In this document: one piece after another, positions 8,681-14,975 of the stretch
Layout: the number at the start of each line of letters is the position of its first letter
How positions within the stretch are numbered: the first letter of the stretch is position 1
Virus record (IMG/VR): IMGVR_UViG_3300044959_000200
Span: 58,551-78,550 of that record
Strand: one strand, 5' to 3'
Source of the DNA: an uncultured virus (IMG/VR IMGVR_UViG_3300044959_000200)
Taxonomy: Duplodnaviria > Heunggongvirae > Uroviricota > Caudoviricetes
DNA length: 20,000 nt
Notes under the pieces: model-generated
The model's database searches: none
Told to the model about the DNA's origin: nothing
Seen by the model: only the letters and a program-made list of their open reading frames with translations
Program-made: the position numbers and the translations under genes

Positions 8681-9796
8681 TTAAACGTTGATCTCTCCTT
8701 TTTTCTGAGCACGTTTTTTGATTTCAATTTGTCCTTGTTCACAGCTTTCAGAGAAGCCGCAGAAGCTACATTGCCAGCCAGTTTCAACTTTAGGCGTACC
8801 GGCATCAATAAGTTCAAGTTTGAGTGCAGTTCTATTAAGGTACTGCCTCAACCAAGGAAATATTATGCGAATGATCTCTTCGCGAGTCCATGCGCCTGAC
8901 GTACCGTCAAAGCGTGGAAACCAATCGACCTTTGGTTCACCAATATAATGAATACCTGATTGGATGCCGCGTACCCACGGGAAGTTAACTATCGCAAGCG
9001 CCATATACGCATAAAATTGTGTTGCGTGCTCTCCAATTGGCTTCTTCTTGCCTGATTTATGATCAAGCACAATCAAGAAGTCGTCATTGGTGCGCATTGC
9101 ATGATCAATGACACCACGAAGTAAGGGCTTTGTAGTAATGCCACCTTCGATAACATCACCAACAGTGATAGACAAAGACTTCGTAGTAGGTGGAAACGAC
9201 GCAAGACGAAGGGTTGTTTGTCCAACTTCAACAACATCGAATGTGCCCCTGAAAGGACCTTTCGGCACAACGACGCAAGTGGCGTATGGGCTGTATTTAG
9301 TGTGATCGATTAGTGGCGCATTTACCAATTCTACAACGTTGTCTCCCCGCCAAATAAATTGACCGCGCCAAAGATTTGGAGATGAGTCGGCGGTAAGTTT
9401 GAATGACACAGCTTCATGCGTTGGGGAAATTGCAAGCTGGTGCTCGATAAATTCGTCAATAACGCCGTTGTTTTTCTTAAAAACATCGACTCGTCCCAGA
9501 AAGTCTTCTATCGCTACCATCTTCGTGGAGCATGTAAGAATCTCCTCCCGCGAAAGTTGGTTAGATTCACATTGATTACGCAGCACCTCATGGAGATCAA
9601 TGCCAGGTGTCCGCAAACCAGTTTCAATCACAGCATGAGCTACAACCCCTACTCGGGACGCGTCAGCTTTCTTTCCTTCAGGCAATTTTTCGACGTACTT
9701 GTGAAAATACTGTTTGCCGCACTGATTCAGCACATTGACCTTAGAGATCGACCAGGGCGCATGCTTTAGAACAATTTCAGCGTATCCGTTCACCAT
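8681..9796 (-). CDS. Cas4/RecB-like PD-(D/E)XK nuclease with a large internal insertion
   Basis: WSISKVNVLNQCGKQY...GVVAHAVIE...E...RGVID...LDHKSG...QFYAY...CSFCGFSESC. These are the RecB-type motifs plus the 1+3 Cys arrangement typical of Cas4/AddB Fe-S nucleases. RBS GGAG. Confidence 0.88.
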   Translation of the reverse strand: MVNGYAEIVLKHAPWSISKVNVLNQCGKQYFHKYVEKLPEGKKADASRVGVVAHAVIETGLRTPGIDLHEVLRNQCESNQLSREEILTCSTKMVAIEDFLGRVDVFKKNNGVIDEFIEHQLAISPTHEAVSFKLTADSSPNLWRGQFIWRGDNVVELVNAPLIDHTKYSPYATCVVVPKGPFRGTFDVVEVGQTTLRLASFPPTTKSLSITVGDVIEGGITTKPLLRGVIDHAMRTNDDFLIVLDHKSGKKKPIGEHATQFYAYMALAIVNFPWVRGIQSGIHYIGEPKVDWFPRFDGTSGAWTREEIIRIIFPWLRQYLNRTALKLELIDAGTPKVETGWQCSFCGFSESCEQGQIEIKKRAQKKGEINV

Positions 9797-9833
9797 AGGT
9801 CGCTCCGTCAGGCAAAAAAACAGTAAGAAAACA

Positions 9834-9882
9834 ACGGCCTGCGTCCCTTTCCCACTTTACGCAGTACAGGGACGCAGGCCGT
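9834..9882 (-). terminator. Probable intrinsic terminator / 3' stem-loop after the putative SSB gene
   Basis: Perfect 15-bp inverted repeat ACGGCCTGCGTCCCT (9834-9848) / AGGGACGCAGGCCGT (9868-9882) with a 19-nt loop. On the minus strand it is followed by TGTTTTCTTACTGTTTTTTT. Confidence 0.7.
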
Positions 9883-9893
9883 AACTCATACGA

Positions 9894-11033
9894 TTAAAGG
9901 TTGTTGTTGCTAAAGTCCTTCATCTGACCCGACAGAACGGCGTTGGCATTCTTCAACAACTCATCCATGTCGGATACAGAGCCATTATTTTCATTCACCT
10001 TAGGCTCCGTTGTGTAAATTGTATACAGTTGTGGAAAGTAAACTTCGTAGTCGACATATCGCACCAATACGTCGAGCAAAGCCGCTTCCTGCTCTGAGGG
10101 GTCAGGTACGTCAGTCGCAACTGAAGCAGTAAGCTCAAACCAACGATCGGTACCCTGCCTTGCTTCTTTCGCTTCCAACTCAAAGGCGTGCTCGTAGTAT
10201 GTCACCCACGGGCGTGTCTTCTTTTTGATGGCTGCTGAGCAAGGCTTGATCGACTTACCGTGCACTACCAAGCGGTAGATGCCGCTGAAATCGCTCAAAA
10301 CGACGTAAAGATGGTCCTCGTTACGGCATGCATCTTTTGTATTTGCCTTGCCGTCTTTGAAAGGACGATACGCGCACGCTTCGCATGCACCGAAATAGCT
10401 ACCACGTTTGCGATCAAGACTGCGGCAAATGGGTACGTTAGAACGCACCTCAACGCCGGGCGGGTTATTACCTGACCGCGGAGGCCAGAAAGTGTACGCT
10501 TCGTGTACGCCGATAACAAAACATGTCACCGTTGTACCGAGCTTGGCGTACTTAGGATTGTGCTTAAGGTTGCTAAGCGCTTCCTTCGGTGCGGCCAAGA
10601 TACGACCATCAGTCGTATAAATGCCGCCTTGTGGACAATCTCGCGGGCGAAGCTCGTCGGTTCCCGTGCCGTGAAACACCCGCATCTCAGGCAAGCGAAA
10701 CTCCTGTCGCGTAGTGTGCTGTCCAGCCTTTACCGGGTTCATACGAGCAAGCGCTGCGGTGAACGCTGCACGCTTTTCAGGCGACAGCCCCGCAAGCGCA
10801 TTCTGAAGCTCACCGGGTGTAGGTGGCAGTACCCGCTCTAGGTACGTAGCTAGATGGGGCAGCGCGTCACTGTAGCGTTTGGTTAGTGCGTGTACCGGCA
10901 CATCAGCTACGTCTTCAGCGACTTCGGCAGAACTGACCGTTACCAGCTCTGAGGACGTTGCAGCCGAAGGTCCCGTAGGTACCACGGTGTCAGACGATTG
11001 TGTATTCTGCTTGTTCTGCTTGTTATTGGCCAT
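9894..11033 (-). CDS. Putative phage ssDNA-binding/annealing protein with a Cys4 metal site (379 aa)
   Basis: Start reassigned to ATG 11033 (MANNKQNKQ), which has AAGGAG upstream. It has a disordered N-terminus, a CRSLD...GACEAC...F...AC motif and a polar/acidic tail, and sits upstream of nuclease-primase/helicase-polA. The CDS is solid; the function is inferred from context. Confidence 0.55.
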   Translation of the reverse strand: MANNKQNKQNTQSSDTVVPTGPSAATSSELVTVSSAEVAEDVADVPVHALTKRYSDALPHLATYLERVLPPTPGELQNALAGLSPEKRAAFTAALARMNPVKAGQHTTRQEFRLPEMRVFHGTGTDELRPRDCPQGGIYTTDGRILAAPKEALSNLKHNPKYAKLGTTVTCFVIGVHEAYTFWPPRSGNNPPGVEVRSNVPICRSLDRKRGSYFGACEACAYRPFKDGKANTKDACRNEDHLYVVLSDFSGIYRLVVHGKSIKPCSAAIKKKTRPWVTYYEHAFELEAKEARQGTDRWFELTASVATDVPDPSEQEAALLDVLVRYVDYEVYFPQLYTIYTTEPKVNENNGSVSDMDELLKNANAVLSGQMKDFSNNNL

Positions 11034-11057
11034 GATGCTCTCCTTGTAAGTGACTGA

Positions 11058-11119
11058 AGCGCCAGCCACAGCAGATAGTTGGTTTACCCTGTGTCTGGCG
11101 CTATGTAAAGATTTTAGCA
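11058..11119 (-). promoter_or_regulatory. Extended -10 promoter candidate followed by a 5'-UTR hairpin for the putative SSB gene
   Basis: Minus-strand TGCTAAAAT (11111-11119) fits TGnTAnnnT. An inverted repeat begins 8 nt downstream: 11058-11071 / 11089-11102, 13 of 14 pairs, 17-nt loop. Confidence 0.5.
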
Positions 11120-11121
11120 AA

Positions 11122-11946
11122 ATGTCTAAGACAACGAGCGCGCTGCTAGATCTGCATTTCCGCGATGTGGGCAACCATCCCATCCGAACGGCGCAAGAGG
11201 AGCATACTCTATTCACAGCATACCAAGCAGCACGAACACGTGCAGAGTTAGCGACCAACCCAGTCGAACGTGAGCAGTTCCAAAAACTGCGTGATGAGTT
11301 GCGCAATGCGATCGCAAGTGGTTACTACCGTTTTGTAATCAAACAAGCGAGGCGCAAAGCGCACGACGACGCATTGTTCGCCGAACTGCTTTCGGCAGGC
11401 TATGAAGGGTTACTCCATGCAATCACGCTATTTGACCCTGCGCGCGGTAATCGTTTCCTCACGTACGCAGCGAACTGGGTCAATGTAAAAATGCAGGAAG
11501 TCATTTACCGGATGCGAACGGTTCACGTTCCAAACCACACCCGGAAAGTGATGCGGCGCACACGTGTCGAAAAAGAAAGAAAGCAAGTACTCGGTGAGCC
11601 CGTCGAAGACTTCGAAGAACCTTCGATCGCGTCGATTGACAACGTTGTAATTATAGATGACAACGTCGACATCGAAAGCGACGTTCAACGCCGACGCGTA
11701 GACCCCCTAGCCCTATTAGCGCAAGCACAGCTAACGCGAGTTGAGCGGCTAGTATTGATCTACGCGTTTGGACTTCGCGGGGGTGAGCCAAAAGACGCGC
11801 GGACAATTGGTCAGATCCTGTACGAAATCGACGGTTCACAAATGACTGCCGCGCGCGTGGAAGAAATACAGAAACGCGCTCTTAATCGTCTACGAGCTCA
11901 TCTCTCTGAAGAAGAGATCAAGAGCCTCGCAGATATACTTAGTTAA
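11122..11946 (+). CDS. Sigma70-family RNA polymerase sigma factor (regions 1.2, 2 and 4; RpoD/RpoS/RpoH-like scaffold)
   Basis: Region 1.2 LDLHFRDVGNHPIRTAQEE; region 2 ELLSAGYEGLLHAITLFDPARGNRFLTYAANWV; RTVHVPNH (cf. RTIRIPVH); region 4 LTRVERLVLIYAFGL...IGQ...RVEEIQKRALNRLR. ATG 11122 is preferred over GTG 11050. Confidence 0.92.
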   Translation: MSKTTSALLDLHFRDVGNHPIRTAQEEHTLFTAYQAARTRAELATNPVEREQFQKLRDELRNAIASGYYRFVIKQARRKAHDDALFAELLSAGYEGLLHAITLFDPARGNRFLTYAANWVNVKMQEVIYRMRTVHVPNHTRKVMRRTRVEKERKQVLGEPVEDFEEPSIASIDNVVIIDDNVDIESDVQRRRVDPLALLAQAQLTRVERLVLIYAFGLRGGEPKDARTIGQILYEIDGSQMTAARVEEIQKRALNRLRAHLSEEEIKSLADILS

Positions 11947-11949
11947 GAA

Positions 11950-13008
11950 TTACTCTTCATCCTCAGAGAGTGCAGGCAACTCCATAAGGCCTGCGGCTTG
12001 CGCCAGCCCATCGCGTCGGCCTTTTTCATACGCAATGGTTTCTGGCTTGGCTTTTTCACTCGCCTTGAGTTTAGCAAGGCGCGCGTTTGAGAAATTGTAG
12101 ATCGCAGCAAGACTGGCTTTCGTGATCGGCTTAAGATCTTTAGCCGTAATTTCGTCAGGTAGCTTTACGCCACGTCCGCCAGTCTTTGTGTTCTTGTTCT
12201 TTCCTTTGCCCTCGTCTTGGGCTTGGGCTTGAGCTTGTTTATTGAGCCATTTTTCGATAAGGAACTTAAGTGCACGAGGCTCCAAATTCTCGTCAATCGC
12301 TTGCTGTGCAAATGCCACTTGCACTTCAGGATCAGTGACGCGTTTGAGTTCGCGTACAACTGATGGAGCATAGCTCTTGAAGGGCTCTTTGGTGCCTTCG
12401 CGCACCATCTTTTGCACACGTTCATCAAGCTTGCCGACAGCAAGCACTTGAGAGACGTTGCCTTCCGAAATTGCAAGCACGTCTTTGATTTCAGATTGTT
12501 TAAGACCGGCAGCAATGAGGTTCTGGAAATACACATACTTATCCCAGAACGTCATTTGGTCTCGTTTGAGATTCTCTTGACCTGCGAGAATAAGGTACTC
12601 CTTCAGGTCTGAGATCTCTTTGACCTTACACATAATGGTCTTAAGACCAGCTTTGATTGCTCCTTCACGACGGCGACGGCCGGCGACAACCAGCCAAACT
12701 TCCTTACCCGTCTTTTTGTGCCGTGCGTAAGTTACGCACGGATCTTGAATCAACCCATCTTTCTTGATCGATGCAACAAAATCTTCGTCGACCAAAGCTG
12801 GCGCCGAGCGCGCATCAACTTTGCTGACGACGAGATCTTTAGGCGCAATTGTAATTACGCCTGAAGCAGCAACCTCAAGGGGCAGCGGCAAGAATTCATA
12901 CTCAAAACCGAGAGGATCAAGGACCTGCTCCGTGTCCGATTCGGACGGGGCAGACGACTTCGATTTTGCCTTCACCTTGAGATTGTTCTCCGTGTTCTCT
13001 TTGGTCAT
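11950..13008 (-). CDS. parB: ParB/Spo0J-family protein (ParB N-domain + HTH)
   Basis: ASIKKDGLIQDPCV...LVVAGRRRREGA (GxRR Arg patch)...ENLKRDQM...HTH QSEIKDVLAISEGNVSQVL. RBS AAGGAG. Confidence 0.88.
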   Translation of the reverse strand: MTKENTENNLKVKAKSKSSAPSESDTEQVLDPLGFEYEFLPLPLEVAASGVITIAPKDLVVSKVDARSAPALVDEDFVASIKKDGLIQDPCVTYARHKKTGKEVWLVVAGRRRREGAIKAGLKTIMCKVKEISDLKEYLILAGQENLKRDQMTFWDKYVYFQNLIAAGLKQSEIKDVLAISEGNVSQVLAVGKLDERVQKMVREGTKEPFKSYAPSVVRELKRVTDPEVQVAFAQQAIDENLEPRALKFLIEKWLNKQAQAQAQDEGKGKNKNTKTGGRGVKLPDEITAKDLKPITKASLAAIYNFSNARLAKLKASEKAKPETIAYEKGRRDGLAQAAGLMELPALSEDEE

Positions 13009-13315
13009 TGTGGTCTCCTTGATCTAAAGTTTCAGGATCGTCAAACAAGACGAGCTCGCCGCGCAAAATTTTTCGAATTGCTGCAACAGCGGCTCGCTTG
13101 TTGATGAGGCTAATCGGCAACTCGCTAACCGCACCCCCTTCGAGGAGATGACGGTAACATGCCCACATCTCTACCGCAACAATCTCCTCAGGATAGGGGG
13201 ATGTAAAGTAAGCCGTAAATAAGTAATTGACAACGCGCTGGTGGATGCGCGCGTCGTAAAGAATATGTGACTCATTCTTCAGTGCTCGAACGGCAACGTT
13301 CCGCAGTTCGGACAC
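12917..13315 (-). CDS. Hypothetical protein overlapping both neighbours (start uncertain: GTG 13315 or 13366)
   Basis: This is the only long open minus-strand frame across the 13009-13278 gap. It has many GNN codons and a protein-like sequence (YDARIHQRVVNYLF...AIRKILRGELVLFDD), but no clear RBS. Confidence 0.5.
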   Translation of the reverse strand: MSELRNVAVRALKNESHILYDARIHQRVVNYLFTAYFTSPYPEEIVAVEMWACYRHLLEGGAVSELPISLINKRAAVAAIRKILRGELVLFDDPETLDQGDHNDQREHGEQSQGEGKIEVVCPVRIGHGAGP

Positions 13316-13470
13316 TGATGAGATAGAGTCGCGGTTTCTCGAATGACAGCGTCGCACTTTGGGCACCGGCTGAGATTTGCCACATCAGCCATACGCCGTA
13401 AAGGCTCCGCTTCGTTTTCTTCTACCACCTTTGTATTGAAATTCGTGACAACGCCATACTTCTCGCCCAT
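13279..13470 (-). CDS. Small Zn-ribbon protein (63 aa)
   Basis: Two CxxC pairs (CPKCD...CPNCG). RBS GAGGGG upstream of the ATG; follows the second nuclease by 21 nt. Confidence 0.75.
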   Translation of the reverse strand: MGEKYGVVTNFNTKVVEENEAEPLRRMADVANLSRCPKCDAVIRETATLSHQCPNCGTLPFEH

Positions 13471-13491
13471 AGGCCCCTCTGTTGTTGTAAG

Positions 13492-14307
13492 TTAATCGCG
13501 GCCTCGGCACTGACTATAGTAACTACAATACTTCGGCGTACACTTCCACGAGTCTATCGGCGCCATCAGAAAAATACCTTTCTTGATAGCGTCAACAGTC
13601 TGCTCGTAGTCTTCAATTAGGTTGCGATGGTCACGCGGACCTCGCGTCGTTGACAACCGATGTAACGCTGGAGTTTTAGTGCTGACAAGGTTGTCGATGC
13701 GTCCATGGATGATACGCTTAACAGCAGTGTAAAGAGATAGTTGCGTATCGTTCTTTACTTCATTCTCAGACCACTTCGACGATGACGTCTTAAGATCAAC
13801 GACTGCAAGACGGCCGGGATCACCCGGCTGTTCTTTCTCTAAGTCAATAAGATCAATAACGCCACGCACAGTGACGCTACCTACCTTAACAACGAAGGGA
13901 GTCTCGACTTCAATAGGTGTAATTTTTGGTAGCCCTTGAGTATGGTAAACGCGGTAAAGACTGAGCGCAACGTCCTTGACTTTACCAGGATCCTCGTCGC
14001 CCCAGACTTCGACCTCTTCCTTAGCTTTTTCAAAAGTATCAGCAACGACTGCAAGCTGACCATCTAAAGATGGAACATCACCTTGCCGTTGCTTGTGTCG
14101 AAGCGCTGTTTCAACAGCAGTATGGATTGCAATACCACGTGCTGTCGCTGGACTTGGCGCTATCCGCTGCTCCTTGATGTACTTAAACTCATAAGCCCTA
14201 CCACAGCTTTTATATGTTTCGTACTGAGCGTGCGAAAATGCACCACCCGGCAATCCCGGGTCCACAAGTTCCGGGGGAATAACAGGTAGATGTCGTTTCT
14301 CGTTCAT
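13492..14307 (-). CDS. Second Cas4/RecB-like PD-(D/E)XK nuclease
   Basis: FSHAQYETYKSCGRAY...GIAIHTAVE...VETPF...RGVIDL...VDLKTS...QLSLY...CTPKYCSYYSQC. ATGA overlap with the upstream gene; RBS GGAGG. Confidence 0.9.
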   Translation of the reverse strand: MNEKRHLPVIPPELVDPGLPGGAFSHAQYETYKSCGRAYEFKYIKEQRIAPSPATARGIAIHTAVETALRHKQRQGDVPSLDGQLAVVADTFEKAKEEVEVWGDEDPGKVKDVALSLYRVYHTQGLPKITPIEVETPFVVKVGSVTVRGVIDLIDLEKEQPGDPGRLAVVDLKTSSSKWSENEVKNDTQLSLYTAVKRIIHGRIDNLVSTKTPALHRLSTTRGPRDHRNLIEDYEQTVDAIKKGIFLMAPIDSWKCTPKYCSYYSQCRGRD

Positions 14308-14975
14308 TCATCCTCCACGTAGCCTTCCGGCTGAACTGGATCTTTAAAAGAGTCCTCAGCATATTGCGGGCCCTCTTTTACAGCTGCCTGCGAACGCGCA
14401 ATGATGTCCTCAAAAATGGCGCGATCGTCGGGCGACATCTCGCTTGGATCAACGATCAACGCACTTTCAGATGGCGCATCAGGCGTACGAGGCACAGAAG
14501 GCGCCGCATAATCATCTACCAGTTCTTCTGTCCTTTTTTCGGAATCCTCAAACGCCGGTACAATAACACTAGCCTTTGGCATATGTGGATGTTGCGCAGC
14601 CCACATAAGCGCAGGTGACGACGCGGCTTGCTTATCGAGTACACGATGTTTTGGTGCAGGCGGAATCGGTCGCGGAGGTGCTATAGGCCGAAAAAGATCA
14701 TTTTTCGGTACTTGTTGTGGTGGAGTTGGACGCGTTGCTGAACGCGAAACCTGACTTCCCTGCGTTGGACGTGAAATAGATCGGGTGGCGGATGCCCCAT
14801 CAGTAGGCGCTGTATCAGCATTTTTAACCGTAACAACGAGGTCAAACTTAGAAGGATCCGCGCTTTCGTTAACGATCACAAAATTCTCCGGCGTTGCCTC
14901 AACAACGAAGCCTTTAGAACGAACATACAGAGCTAGAGCCTTAATTACATCGTTGTGTTCGAGAGTTAGACGCAT
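14304..14975 (-). CDS. Hypothetical protein: short folded N-terminus, Pro-rich disordered middle, acidic C-terminus (223 aa)
   Basis: Start reassigned to ATG 14975 (MRLTLEHNDVIKAL), with GGAGG upstream. Overlaps the SNF2 gene end by 35 nt. Confidence 0.75.
   Translation of the reverse strand: MRLTLEHNDVIKALALYVRSKGFVVEATPENFVIVNESADPSKFDLVVTVKNADTAPTDGASATRSISRPTQGSQVSRSATRPTPPQQVPKNDLFRPIAPPRPIPPAPKHRVLDKQAASSPALMWAAQHPHMPKASVIVPAFEDSEKRTEELVDDYAAPSVPRTPDAPSESALIVDPSEMSPDDRAIFEDIIARSQAAVKEGPQYAEDSFKDPVQPEGYVEDE

Noticed and set aside
8243..8899. 218-aa plus-strand ORF and other antisense ORFs within long genes
   Set aside because: They lie antisense to motif-supported genes and have no recognisable motifs of their own.
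1627..9796. Inteins or introns explaining the large insertions
   Set aside because: I saw no paired intein termini or homing endonuclease motifs, and the reading frames are uninterrupted.
10663..10678. parS site (GTGAAACA half-site)
   Set aside because: Only one half matches the consensus and it is not palindromic.
11034..11306. 91-aa N-terminal extension of the 470-aa ORF
   Set aside because: It is largely an antisense shadow of the sigma gene. A strong AAGGAG precedes ATG 11033.
8681..14307. CRISPR-Cas locus suggested by the Cas4-like genes
   Set aside because: No cas1/cas2 and no repeat-spacer array are visible in the window.
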